From Mobula hypostoma (taxonomy: Eukaryota): a stretch of 64,000 nucleotides of DNA. The position numbers and the translations under genes are program-made. The stretch lies in NCBI RefSeq assembly GCF_963921235.1, contig NC_086105.1:44888001-44952000 (forward strand), given 5' to 3'. Shown piece after piece: positions 1 to 13,200 of this stretch. How positions within the stretch are numbered: position 1 is the stretch's first letter; the number at the start of each line of letters is the position of its first letter. The notes beneath the pieces are model-generated. The model worked only from the letters and a program-made list of their open reading frames with translations. It ran no database searches and was not told the origin of the DNA.

Positions 1-830
1 ATTGGCTTATTTTTTTTCTAGAGTGTTGTTCCAAAGTTGATTTTGAAAGCAAAATATTTTGCTTCATTTTAGTCGTTTAGCTGAAACATCTCTAATAACA
101 GGCTTCCAACGTTGCTTATGACAAATATTAAGCTAATTGGCAAATTTCTTTTGTCTGCTCTTTGTCTCCTTCCCAAATGCTTTTTCTCCAATTTAATGAA
201 ACCTTCTCCAAATTTACTTAATTCTGGAAAACTATAAGTAATGCACCAAATTTCTGACTACATACTTCTTTTAAACCACTGGGATAAGTATCATATTTCT
301 CATTCTAGTTCCACCCTACTATCAAACGTCTGATTTACAGCTTTTTTTTTAGTACATCACATGCATTCTCTATGGTCAAGATAGGTGCATAATACCTGAA
401 ATTTTTCTGCAATCTCCTTGTTTTTGCAATCGTAATTCACAGACTTGTCTTCAACAAGATCAGCACTAAGTTTAAAAATAACACCATCTATGAATATACT
501 TGCTCTCTAGTAACTTGGTCTTATACTAACCATCCATTCCGCATATCTGGGGTTAAAGATAAAGGAAAATGCCTTGCACTTTGCATCCATGCACTAGCTC
601 CATTATGATAAACAAAAATAAAGTTGTTCATGGAGCTACCTCCTTTATAGTCAATGATTATAAAGCGGAACATTTTGGATATAGCAGGTCCAGCAGCATC
701 TGGGAAGAGAGCTGCTTTTTGTTTCTTTCCTTTTCATGAGTTGAATTATTCATGATTCACAATATAATGTGGCAAAGTTTTAATCTGATTTGTTTCTGGT
801 GTTGCTTAGATTTAGACCGTATTTGTTGAT

Positions 831-1070
831 CACAAGCAAGAGAAAAACTCTAGATGCTGGAACTCCAAGCAACACACACAAAATGCTGGAGGAACTCAAC
901 AGGCCAGGCAGCTTCTATGGAATGGAGTACAGTCAGCCTTTCATGCCGAGACCCTTCATCAGGACTCAATGAAGAAGGGTTGTGATGAAAGGTCTTCGCC
1001 CAAAACATTGACTGTACTGTTTTCCATAGATGCTGCCTGGACTGCTGAGCTCCTCCAGCATTTTGTGTGT
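831..1070. mobile_element. Palindromic short element derived from a Penelope-like 3' end
   Basis: Inverted arms cacacacaaaatgctggaggaactca..gcagc..ctatggaa / ttccatagatgctgcc..tgagctcctccagcattttgtgtgtg; flanked by gtatttgtt at 819-827 and 1071-1079. Confidence 0.75.
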
Positions 1071-2453
1071 GTATTTGTTAATGTTTATTTGTAATAGTTG
1101 TACTGAGGATTAGTAAATCATTTCAAAATAAAAAGGGATGTGTCCTCACTCACTCCTAAAGTCATTGTTTCAAAGTGCAAATAAGCTATTTTTGAAAAAA
1201 AAGGATTAAGTAGAAATTGCTAAGGAATAAATGAGAAGACAAACCAAAAATAGCAAAGGATATGGGGTATTTAATTTATTCGTTATATGCCATTTAAAAT
1301 TAATCTTGTCAGCCCCTCTTTTTGATGTATTTTGTTAGATACAAACATATTAGCAGCTGTATTAGTATTTTTGTACTGTGACAGTTTGAACTGCTTTCTG
1401 ATGCTCTGTGGTGGGCAGCAGGTCACCTTCCATAGGAAGAGGCTTGTCAAATATTTTGGGTTGCTCTGCAGGCAATAAACTCTAATGTTGGAATTTATAC
1501 CTGAACAGTAGCAGATGCTCTCACATTTGTGTTACTGGTTCCACATCTGCATAAAAGAGTTTTAGCTTTTTTAGTCCATTGTAGAGGTTTAACTATGGAA
1601 AATAACATACTAAAGCTGAACATCATTTAATATCCTTTGTGGAATTAGCTGCCTTTTTAACAATTGCTTTAAAAATCTTAGCCAAAATGTGATTTATAAG
1701 ATGCAATAATGGTAATATCTGGAATTAGATATATCTCCAAAGAATCTCACTTCATTAGTCCATGCAATTCAAACAAAAGGTTATTACATTTGCACTTAAT
1801 TTTAGACAGCTTCTAACTTCAAAGATGGATGCCAGGAGTCAAACGTAATAATAGTGCAACACGAGCAATGTGTTCTGGTGTGTTATTAAGGAAATATTTA
1901 TACTGACTGTTGTAAATTTTTAAAAAATCAATGTGTAAGCATGGTATTGTTCAATTAATAGACCAAATAATTTGACTTCTGTTCTCACCTGGTAACCTCA
2001 AAGACAGTATAGATTTAATTTTGTCTTTGACGAGTTTAAAATAGTAAGTCTAAGTGCAAAATACCCGGAGATGCTAGAAGCCTGAAATAAATACAGAAAA
2101 TGCTTAATGGATGAGGCAGTATCTGTAAAAGCAGAGAGTTCAATAATTTTTCCTTGGGTTAAATATCTTTCCCAGGAATGGTGCCACGATCTTACTCTCT
2201 GCAGTACTGTGAATAAATTGCAGTTCGTGCTGATAATTATTTTAGAAGGCAGTCGTATTCGTAGTTTTGTTAGCTGGTTTAAATTCATTTTTCTGCTTAG
2301 CAATTCAATGAAACTAGCTGATGCTAATCTTAAAGAATGTTTCTTCTGCATCGTATTTCTGGTTTATGCTTCCATACTGTAAAAAGCTAGAAACTGCAAA
2401 CTTTTTGCCAGTTTTGGTAATGAAGATTATTTGGTTAAGAAACAGATCAAATG

Positions 2454-2455
<2 letters not shown>

Positions 2456-2498
<43 letters not shown>
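2456..2498. repeat. (TG)n microsatellite, about 21 units
   Basis: Seen directly. Confidence 0.99.
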
Positions 2499-2499
<1 letters not shown>

Positions 2500-4328
2500 A
2501 TCAGTGGCTATTTTAATACATGTCCATTTGTCTTAAGAAGTGCAATTGGTAAGCTTCACATTTCTTGCTGACTTATCTACATCTAGTCTTTAATCATAAA
2601 AAGTTTATGTGCACTATGGAACTTAACTTTGAATGCTGAAATTTATTTATTATTCATTTATAAATTAATCAATGATCCCTGCTAAAACCTTAATCAGAGA
2701 TTGCTAGAGGAATCAGGAGGCTGAATTTTGCTGTGATATTCAATGAATATTTAACTGGAAATGAGTACAGGAGATAAGATGTTTTCCTGGATTGGAATAG
2801 AGAGCAAATTGCATCTGGAAATGCTAGAAGTGCTATGTAAAATAAAAGTCATTGTTATTCTTCCCCAGGCATCTATCCCATGATTTGTCAATGTCAGCCA
2901 GCCTTATTGATAAATTATTAGCAACATCATTTTGCAGGTTCCATTATTAAACTGTGTGTCAAGATTTGGAAAAGTTGTTTAAAAGCTGGTTTATTAATCT
3001 ACTGAACTATCCATTTGAAATACTTATCAGGTTCTTGATTCAGTGGTGAAAATGTACCTGTTAGAAAGTATTTGTATCTCCATTTGAAATTGATCCAGAT
3101 GAAATGGACCAATGGTATAGATGTGATGGGGAAAAGTATCTTTCACTCTTGTGGTATTTGTTCAGGTGGGTGAGGCTGCTACTGCATGGAAACAAAAGCC
3201 TGGTTTTAGTTCTTCAGTGACTTAATGAAGAGCCAAGATATCAGATTATGGAGTGCCAAGTTTAATATCTAGCTCATTGTTTATGGAACTGATTTCCATT
3301 AGTGTGGTAGACAGTAGTGCGTTGCCAAATACAACTATTAGCCCAGGTTTGTGACCGATGTTTAACAAATCTTTTCTATTTGTCCATGTATGAACCTTGG
3401 GTAGATTAGCAATGGCTATGATTGGCCATCACAGTCAACACCATCAAAAGTGCACATTTAATAGGACTGTACCACTTTCTTTTAAAAAAAAATATATTTT
3501 TCACATTTTTAAAATTATTTCCTTCCCAAGTAAGATAAATTCACGAATTACTGAGAGGATATTTGTTTATCAGTCATTCCCCACTGGGTAGAGTTAGCTC
3601 AAATTCTGTTTCTTGTAGAATATTGTTGCCAGAGTGAGTGAGTTACTGATTCAAAATTTGCAATAAAACGATGCCACTTAGTCTTTAAGAATATGGTTCA
3701 ATTTTAGATCAGTGTTTACTTGTCTGTATATAGTTTGAAGTGGGAGCAGTTACAATGTTGATCAAACTGATATTTACTGTATTTTTAATACAATATCTTC
3801 CTCTTGACATTTGTGACTTTTGAATTATTATACACCACCTTCTAATAGTTCTCCAAGCAGATACATCTTTCTTATTTAATTGCTACTTGTCCAATGCTGC
3901 TAGAAAATTGCCTGCAGAGCTTTTTGTTCACACTCCTACATTGTCAACCCCTAGCACTTTTTTTCAATAATCTATCCTTGGCCCTCTCCTATCTCTCAAC
4001 CAAATACTGACCCTTGGTGATATTTATCTGAAAGTACACTTCCACATGTATACTGTCAGCATCTGGTTTTCTATTGCCCCTTTACTGATTTCCAGTTGTA
4101 GCCATTGGATTCTTCACTTCACCCCATCCCCATCTTCAACTGTGCAAACATTTAACATGAAATTGCAATCTGACAAATACTGAAGAAATTTAGTAGAAAT
4201 TTCTGCATCTTGTTCCTATCGCAGACACTGCTTGGAATCCACTGACTCCATTTCACTCAGCTTTATGCTGATGGACCACCCTGAGTTTGTTCTGATGTTA
4301 CGTAAATGCAAGTTAACTTTTTTTTTCC

Positions 4329-5049
4329 TGAAACCCCTTTGTATTGGGCGTCTTTAGAGATGTGGCTCGTTAGCCTCTCACTAACAGCCACTGGACTCAG
4401 CGGTGAGAATATCACCTTTCTCAACCTCCGTACATCTAAGGTCGATATGACTTTGGTCCCACCAAACCCATGAGGTTGGGGTGCCTCACCTACCTGAATC
4501 CCAGTCTGTATGAATACTGCCCCCATGCAATCGCCCTTCAGCAGAGAATAACAAACTGTACATTGTACACAATTATAAAGGAAGTATATTTATGAATGTT
4601 AATTTAACTAAACAGTTATTAAAGAAAAAAAACCAAAAGGGCTCATCATAATTAAACAGTCAAATGTGCACAGGTTGGAGCTCAATCTTCCAAAAGCCAT
4701 TGGGTCTGATGTACACATAGCGCCAACTCCTATTCACTGATCCCTGGAAGAATTCCCCCTCTTGGGTTCCATCAGATATTGCATCCTGCTGGATCGAGCT
4801 TCTTCTCTCTTCATCTCCCACTGAAAAAGACCTTGATCCACCTCAGTGTCCATCACAAAACCTCTCCCTCAACATTTTCTAGAACCTCTCCCAGTTCCAC
4901 CCTCCTGATTGGATGACACAACATTCCTCAGCATCTCACATCTTTAACAGTAACCCAAACACTATCAGCAGAACACACTGCTTCTACAGAAAACCATTAC
5001 ATGAAATACCCTACAATATTAGCAGTAAAATCTTTACCAGGATGTTACA
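4329..5049 (-). mobile_element. Solo LTR of a Gypsy family related to the 39210-46250 element
   Basis: TG...CA ends; 4-bp TSD TTCC (4325-4328 and 5050-5053). Minus strand starts tgtaacatcctggt...tgtagggtatttcat, ends ggggtttca, and shares gagctccaac.tgtgcacat with the LTRs at 39210 and 45533. Confidence 0.85.
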
Positions 5050-5616
5050 TTCCGGAGATTTGTTAAAATTAATGATTAATAGTACTGCTAAAACAACCTA
5101 CCCTTAAATCTAATTAGGAGACAAGATTGAACAAGACATTGAGATTTGCAGCTCATTTCATATGAAGTGTAAAGAGAAGAGGAATATTTACACTGATATT
5201 ATAGTACCAGAGTCTTGAGTTCAATCCTGAGCTTGGTCTTGTCTTTGTGAAATTTCCTCATGGATCTGCAGTTATGATTTATTTTAAAAGTGTATTGAAG
5301 GGTTTTTTTTCACCTTTACCATTTGACAATAATATTATGGTCTTCATGAAATCTGTCTGAATTTTAATTTATAAAATTGGATGGATTCTACAGTAGATTG
5401 GACAGCCAATGCAGCATTCTCTTGCCCAATGGTAAAACCTTTAAATGAGATTTGGAAACATATTTCTCATCATTGTATAAGGAAAACACACACTTTTTTA
5501 TCAGTAGATACATTAGTCATGGATTTAAAATTATTTTGACTTTTGGTGGTTTTAAAAATACAATTACTCTCATGTTGAAAATGCATTTTAACATTTTAGT
5601 GTAATTAATTTCACAG

Positions 5617-5812
5617 GTATGAAGTAGGAAGATTGAGGTCTACAGGCTTGTTAGAAAATTCTTCAGGGAGGATGCATCTGGCGGTGGTAGCTTGTGGCGA
5701 GAGACTGGAAGAAACACTAACTATGCTAAAATCTGCTGTTCTATTTAGTCAAAAACCACTTTATTTCCACATATTTGCAGAGGATGAACTCCATGATAAA
5801 TTCAATAGCTCA
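5617..5812 (+). CDS. GXYLT1: GXYLT1 internal coding exon (first in window; 196 nt)
   Basis: Acceptor tttcacag|G and donor TCA|gtaagt. Translates (R)[65 protein letters not shown]; [15 protein letters not shown] is the start of the GXYLT catalytic domain. Confidence 0.93.
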
Positions 5813-6444
5813 GTAAGTACCTGCTTTGATATTTACACCATTTTTATACAAGTGTATCAAAATCAGTAAGTGAAATGGATTTGTTGAATTTTGCATGGTA
5901 ATTTTAAAAAATCTAATAAATTTAACTTATTTCTTGTTTAGCTAAACATTTTGTGCGCTGGCAGTCCCTATGTATGGGGAAGAGGGTATTTTGCTCCAAG
6001 AAGAAAAAGATAAACTGCGTCATTTGTGCGTGCATCTAGAACTGAGAATATAAAAAAATAAATTGTGTTATTATTTTATGTTTATTTCTTTGCATAAGTT
6101 TTATGAGAGTGATTTTTATTTCCTATCTCAAATTTCTGGGTGGTGATTTGCGATTTTTCGTTACCCAATTAGTCATAATGTAGGGGTTGACTGTATTTAG
6201 ACTTACTTTTGCAATTTCTTTATGCTTGAAGTTGACAGTGGCTCTGGTATCTCTTGTAAGTACTGGAATGAAAAAAAACTTAGATTTTATCTTGTATCCT
6301 ATCAATATGAAAAAGGTCATGAAATTGGCTGGAGAAGTTGTCCCAATGCATTGTGGTCCCAATTGTGTCATTTTCTTTTACCACTTGCTGGCAGAAAATA
6401 ACTTGTAGAAAGTGCTTTTGATAACCTTTCTGTTTTACATGCAG

Positions 6445-6576
6445 CTGGAAAACTGGAAGAAGGAATTTCATCAGAAGTTCAGTCACACCATCTATCCAAT
6501 AACATTTCCAGCTGATACTGCAGCAGTATGGAAGAAACTCTTCAAACCTTGTGCTTCACAGCGACTCTTCTTACCT
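6445..6576 (+). CDS. GXYLT1: GXYLT1 coding exon (132 nt; not in ORF track)
   Basis: catgcag|CTG...CCT|gtaaga; phase 0/0; [44 protein letters not shown]. Confidence 0.96.
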
Positions 6577-6839
6577 GTAAGAAATATTTAAGAGGAATGT
6601 GGGAGTGAGTTAGGGTTAGCTTCAGAGGGATCTGCAGATAGCAGTCTACAGAGAACTTTTGGACCTAAAGAACAGATTGTGGGGAGAGAGAATGTAGGTA
6701 GAGCAGTTCTCCTCTAACTTTGAAATCCAGGTTATTCAGTGTTTGGATCAGCTACAGCCCAAGCATTCAAATCTCCACTTTACTGAGTGGAGATCAAAAG
6801 CAGAGGCAGAGTGCCCATAGGGAGGACTTTCCCTTTTAC

Positions 6840-7100
6840 ACTTTGCTATGCCTCAATCTAGTCCTCCGTAAAACCCCGGAAACAGTGAATCACTTCCCAT
6901 ATCTTGAAAGCTGCAGTTCAAGAAAGGCTGACATCGATGATGAAATCCACTATCACCTTCATTGTGCCAGTACAGCCTTTGTCTGTCTCAGGAATCATGT
7001 ATTTGATGATCAAGGCCCCAAACCCAGCACGGAGTTCATGGCTTATCGGGTTTCAATGATCTCTGGCTTCCTTTGTGATCTGAGACAATGGCTGCTAATG
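6840..7100 (+). mobile_element. RTE (BovB-like) LINE fragment, decayed
   Basis: ETVNHFPYLESCSSRKADIDDEIHYHLHCASTAFVCLRNHVFDD resembles the post-RT region of RTE clade ORFs. Confidence 0.7.
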
Positions 7101-7319
7101 AGAGGTAGAATAAGCAGACTAAAGTTAAAGTTCTTGTTTAGGTCAACATTTCCTGCAATAAGACTATATTCCCATTCCTTCAATTCCAGTGGGCTGGTCA
7201 CCTTATTTCCATGCCCAACACTTGACTCCTGAAACAATCATGTTTCCTTGAATTCCTTCATAGTCAGAGTTTTTAGGTGAATAGTGGGAATTAGATTCCC
7301 ACTAATGGAAAAAATAAAT

Positions 7320-7445
7320 ATGAGATTCTGCAGATGCTGGAAATCCTGTGCACACACACAAATTGCTGGAGGAACTCAGTAAGTCAGGCAGCATCTATGG
7401 AGCGGGGTAAACAGTTGATGTTTCAGATTCAAGAATTATCTCAAA
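7320..7445 (-). mobile_element. Penelope-derived 3' end fragment (single arm)
   Basis: tgcagatgctggaaatc..cacacacaaattgctggaggaactcag..gcagcatctatgga; same family as 831-1070. Confidence 0.7.
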
Positions 7446-7859
7446 ACATTCTTGGAAGATTTGTGAGGTCCTTATTGACATGTGTGTTGTTGGTCTGTGA
7501 CTGCTCAAATGGACAAGGAACATTGAGGATGTAATTGACAACTTTGAATCACTTTGTTAGGATACACAGAAGCTGAATATAAATGACAGAAGTTGTGCGC
7601 TATTTTTGGAATTATTTACCCAACCTGGCAATCAAATGCAACCAGCGTCTGAGTCTTCAAGTTTCTTATTGGTTTTGTTATCCAACTTGAAGCCCACAGC
7701 ACTGGAGTCAATGCAAATGACCCCCCCCCGCCCCCCCCAAGAGACTGTCCTAAAAGAGACGGTAGTCCATTTTGAATATTTGTTTTATTTTGTGATTGAT
7801 CTTAACAGTTCTGTTATTCAAAACGACTTGCCTTTCTATTTAATAAACAAAAAGATTTC

Positions 7860-8150
7860 CTTTTTATAGTGATATTAGGACCAAAGTACCTTGTAGCATT
7901 GTATTTTAGAAATTCAATCTAGTATATAATGCAGGAAACTCATCGATCAGTTTGCTCCTGTTGCTTCCAGAACACAAATCTGATCATCATGAGAAGATTC
8001 TTTTTTTGTTGGGAATAATATTGATTAGGGCTCCAGATAATCTTCTGTCATTAAAATAATACCATGTCATTGTTTTATCCACCTCTGGGCAGCATAATTG
8101 TCACTTTTCCTTTTTGGAAGATGGCACGTAGCAATTCCAACAATATGGCA
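7860..8150 (-). mobile_element. Decayed DeuSINE (SacSINE1-like)
   Basis: Reverse-complement similarity to the copy at 46770-47190. Confidence 0.45.
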
Positions 8151-8183
8151 ATGCCTTATCTGAGTTTCATCCTAGATTTTTGA

Positions 8184-8750
8184 GGTTCAGAATCAGGTTT
8201 ATTATCACTGTCGTGTTGTAAAATTTGTTGTTTTGCGGCAGCAGTACAGTGCAAGACATAAAAATTGCCATAAGTTTCAAAAATAAATAGTGCAAAAGGT
8301 TGAGTAAGGAGATAATGTTCATGGACTGTACAGAAATGTATGGTGGTGGAGCAGAAGCTGTTCCTAAAGCACTGAGTGGGGGCCTTCAGGCTCCTGTACC
8401 TTCTCCCTGATGGGAGTAACATGAAGAGGGCATGTCTCAGATGGCGAGGGTCTTTAATGATAATGCTGCCTTCTTGAGACATGACCTCTTCAAGATGTCC
8501 TCAGTGGCAGAGAGGATTATGCCTGTGTTGTAACTACTTGCATCTTCAATCCTCGCAGCTTCTTCGAATTCCAAGCATTACCAGGCAGAGATGCAGCTCG
8601 TCAGAATGCTCTCCATGCATCTGTAGAAATTTTCAGAAGTCTTTGGTTACATACCAAACCTCCTCAAATTCCTAATCAAATAGAGCTGATAGTCTGCTGC
8701 CTTAATGATTGTATCATTGTGTTGAGCTTCAGAGATGCAAGTTGGAACCT
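8184..8750 (-). mobile_element. Rex1/Babar-type LINE 3' fragment
   Basis: HALFMLLPSGRRYRSLKAPTQCFRNSF C-terminal motif; tail reads ggttcagaatcaggtttatt on +. Confidence 0.8.
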
Positions 8751-9987
8751 CAACTTTCTGTCTTTGAGACAAGTTCACGGCCACATTTCCAACTTGCGAA
8801 CTGTTTGGCTTACAAACAGTTCTTAGGAACAGAACCCTTTCATGATATAGGGACTTGTAAATACTCAAATCTTTGATGTAATTGCATTTGTAACCCTGAA
8901 TGTTCCTAGCCCCTGTAAGTGTTTTTAGTATTTTATGATTACATTGAAATTGTGAGTTGTAGTATTGGCAAACAGAGTCAGAATTTTTTTTTAATGAATT
9001 GCCCATAACACAAGCTGGTTGATGATTGTCATATATACTGAGATGTATTGAAGAGTTTCTGTTTAGCTGGCACACAAAAGCACTTCTACATAACTGTCAC
9101 AAAGGTTATTTCACACCAGTAGTTGTGAAGCTTGGTGCATAGGAACAAGGAGGATGGAGCAGCACCACATAAAAAGTGTTAGTTCTAAATATTTTTGCAT
9201 TATCTTAAATAGGAGGGTTCGTTTAACCTAAGTAGTGGCTAGATGAGTGAAAGGTTGAGTTTGCCCTATAGTCAAGATTTGATTAATTTCTGAGCTAGAC
9301 TAATACGTGGTAGACAATCAGATGTACATTGCTTATGAATGCAAGGGCATTAACATGTAAAAGAAGGTTCAAAGGTTTCAAAGGTACACTTAGTCAGAGA
9401 AATGTAAACAATATACATCCTGAAATTCTTTTTCTTTGCAACCATCCAAAAAAACAGAGGAGTGCCCCAATGAATGAACGACAATTAAATGTTAGAACTC
9501 CCAAAGTTCCTCCCAGTTCCTCCTTCCCTCACATAAGCAGCAACAAAGCAACAATCTCCCCCTCCCCCACCAGCAAAAAAAAGCATCAGCGCCTACCACT
9601 GAGCACTCGAGCGTGCAGCAAAGCATCAATAAAGACACAGACTTGTAGAACCCCAAAGACTACTTGTTCACCTGGTAATTCGACATACCACAGGCTCTCT
9701 TTCTCCCTAATAAGGGGAAAAGAGGTGTCTCTGTTTCTAAACCAATTCTAAACAAAAGAATGTCAAAGTTATTTATGAAAAATTGCTTGGGATATAATTT
9801 ATTTTAAAAATGTAATGTTTTGCTTTTTATTTGTAACACTAGGATCTGGAAATCTGACTCCACAGCGTGGTCTATAGCAATATTTTGAGCATCGTTTTTC
9901 TGTATAGATCCACACTCTGCTGATTCAACAACATCCATCTTACTTGCTTAATGGTTCTTCCTGATGTGTTCTTGTTTTTTTTTAAAG

Positions 9988-10239
9988 TTGATCCTGAAGG
10001 ATGTAGATTCCTTGCTCTATGTAGATACTGATGTCCTTTTTCTGCGTCCTATGGATGACATATGGGCATTTTTTGAAGATTTCAATCAAACTCAGATCGC
10101 TGGAATGGCACCAGAACATGAGGAACCACGAATTGGCTGGTACAACCGTTTTGCCAGGCATCCATATTATGGAAAAACTGGAATCAACTCTGGAGTAATG
10201 ATGATGAATATGACCCGAATTCGAAAAAAATATTTTAAG
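9988..10239 (+). CDS. GXYLT1: GXYLT1 coding exon (252 nt) with DXD motif
   Basis: ttttttaaag|TTG...AAG|gtaagt; [21 protein letters not shown]...[55 protein letters not shown] and YYGKTG favour GXYLT1 over GXYLT2. Confidence 0.97.
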
Positions 10240-10929
10240 GTAAGTGCATCTAGAATCATTGTGTAAAATGATTGCATCTTGTATTTGATCTGTCTTAATG
10301 CTTTAACTGATATGGGAAGCAAATGAATGCAATTTGATATCTTCTGAGTTAATTCTGGTGCAGCTTGAGATCTATTAAACTACTGTTAATCCATCGTCAT
10401 TTATTGCTTAATAATTGTAGTATTGAGTTGGTTATTATGAATGAATTAAAAAAATATATTGTGTAAGGCTTAAATGTAACTGAATGAAAATGACACATAA
10501 AAATCAATTGTCAGAACCTATATGATCTTTGTGAACCTAATTGCCAGCTCCATTATACTAGATGAATTGTTATTTTGAAATATCTTTTTAATATTTTTAC
10601 AATTGTGATTTTTGTGTTGTTGTTGTAGGAAGAGTGCGGAATATATCTGACAGTGGAATTATCATGGCTAAAGCCATTCTTGTTTTTACCCAATATTCAC
10701 ATTCTGCCACTTTCCCCCAGCAATCTCTGAATAGTGCTCAAGATATGTAAACCTGAATTATACTGTCAATGCCTTTGATTATTTTTCCTGATCTTTTCAA
10801 CTCAGGTTGCTGATATCACTAATTATTCAAGAGCACTAATTATTCAAATAGTTGATGATAGCATCAGAGTACGGTCAAATTAGAGAATCGTGCCGCAGAA
10901 GAAATTTTCTCGTTTAATAGGAACATGAG

Positions 10930-13200
10930 TCCGTTACACATAGGAGCAGAATTAGGGCATTTGATTCATTAAGTCTGTTCTGTTATTCAATTGTGGCTGA
11001 TTTATTTTCTTTCTCAACCTCATTCTCCTGCCTTCTCTTCTTAACCATTGAAGTTCTTACTAAACAAGAACATGTAAACCTCTGCTTTAAATATACCCAA
11101 TGACTTGGCCTTCACAGCTTTCTGTGGCCGTGATTTGCACAGGTTCATCACCCTCTGGATAAAGAAATTCCTCCTCATCTCCATTCTACAGGGACGTCCT
11201 TTTCTGAGAGTATGCCCTCTGGTTCAAGAATCCTCCACTATTGGAAACATCCTCTCCATGTACGCTGTATCCAGACAGGATACTTGGTAGGTTTCAATAA
11301 CCTCCCTCATTCTTCTAAACTTTCGTGAGTATAGGCCTAGAACCATCATTCTTGTAAACCTTCCCTGGACCCTGACCAAGGCCAGCACAACCTTCCTTAG
11401 ATACGGGGCTCTAAGCTACTTGCAATAAAGAGGTAGTGTTCATGGTTTAATGTCCATTTAGGAATCGGATGGCAGGGGGGAAGAAACTGATCCTGAATCA
11501 CTGAATGTGTGACTTCAGGCTTCTGTACCTCCTTCCTTATGGTAACAGTGAGAAGAGGGCATGTCCTAGTTGATGGAGGTCCTTAATGTTGGATATTAAG
11601 GCATCACTCCTTGAACATGTCTTGGATACTATAGAGGCTGGTATCCAACTTTCTGTAGTTTCTTTTGATCTTGTGCAGTTGCCCCACCTGCCCATACCAG
11701 ACAGTGATACAGCCTGTCAGATTGCTCCCTACTTTACACCTGTAGAAGTTTTTGAATGTTTTAGGTGACAAACTGAATCTGATCCACTTCTGATCCCTCT
11801 ATGAGGATTGGTTCGCATTTCCTCGTCCTACCCTTTGAAGTTCACAATGCCTCCACAATTTCTTCAGCTACGTCTTTCAGAACCCTGAAGTGTAGTCCAT
11901 CTTGTCCAGATGATTTATCTACTTCCAGATCTTTCATCATTCCAAGCACCTTCTCTTTAGTAATAGTAACAGCGCTCACTTCTGCTACTTGACACTCAGA
12001 TTTCTAGCATACTGCTAATGTCTTCCATAGTGAAGACTGATGCAAAATACTTAAGTTCCTCTGTCATCCTCTTGTCGTCCATTACTTACTACTACAGTGT
12101 CATTTTCCAGCGATCCAATATCTATCCTCGTTCTCTCTTTTTTTATAAATTTGAAAAAGACTTTTGGTATCCTCTTTTATGTTATTGGTTAGGTTTCCTT
12201 CATATTTAATCTCTTCTCTCCTTATGGCTTTTTTAGTTGCCTTCTGTTGGTTTTAGAAGCTTCTCAATCCTTAGACTTCCCAATAATATTTGCTAATTGT
12301 ATGCCCTCTCTATTGCTTTTATGCTGCTTTTGACTCCCTTGAAAGGCACGGTTGCTCCACCCTCAAAAACAGTTACTTACTCCAAGCAGTAAGGTTGATC
12401 AACACCTCCACCCACGAATTAACCCATCCACAACCCCAACCACTACTACTTTATCATTTCTTGTCAGTCACTTTATGTACAGACACACCTGTGCCTAGCA
12501 TCACTTTACCTACACATTAGTCATCTTTTGCATTTATATTTGTTGTTTTTTTTATTATTGTTTATCTTAGTGTTTTTATATGCTGCATCAGATAATTATT
12601 TTGTTCTCCTTTACATTTGTGTACTGAAAATGACAAACAATGTTGAACCTTGAATTTAGTGATATAGCATGGTAACAGGATCTTTTGGACAAGCCCGTGC
12701 AACGCAATTATACCCATGTGATCCATTAACCTATTAACCCAGGCATTGGTCTTTGGAATATGGGAAGAAACTGGAGCACCTGGTGGAGAACTGCAGCAAG
12801 AACGTACAAACTGCTTAAAACAGCAGTGACATTGAACTTGCGTCACTGGTGCTGTAATAGTGTTAGCTAACCCAACACTACTGTGAATTACTCCCGGAAA
12901 CTGCAGCCAATGCTGCTCTATCATCATCCCTGCTAGTGTTTGGCTTCCATTTTAGCTTTGGCCAGCTCCCCTCTCATGCCTATGTAGTTACCTTTACTCA
13001 ACTGTGATACCAATACATCTGATTTTAGCTTCTTCTCAAGCTGCAGGGTGAATAATATCATAGTATGATCATTGCCTCCTAAGGATTTCTTTACCTTAAG
13101 CTCTGTAATCAAACCTGGTTTATTGCACAGCACCAAATCCAGAATTGCCTTTATTCTAGTGGGCTCGACCACAAGCTGTTTTAAAAAAGGCATCTTGTAG
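10930..13200 (-). mobile_element. Fragmented CR1 LINE interrupted by Rex1 pieces (about 11425-11830 and 12345-12655) and a V-SINE (about 12655-12890)
   Basis: CR1 3' end cataggagcagaattagg; endonuclease remnant VVEPTRIKAILDLVLCNKPGLITELKVKKSLGGNDHTMILF (12933-13193); Rex1 motif LKNSYLLQAVRLIN. Confidence 0.75.

Noticed and set aside
1-5616. Upstream GXYLT1 exons (transmembrane exon, small alternative exon)
   Set aside because: No matching coding sequence recognised; presumably upstream of the window, although a diverged small exon could have been missed.
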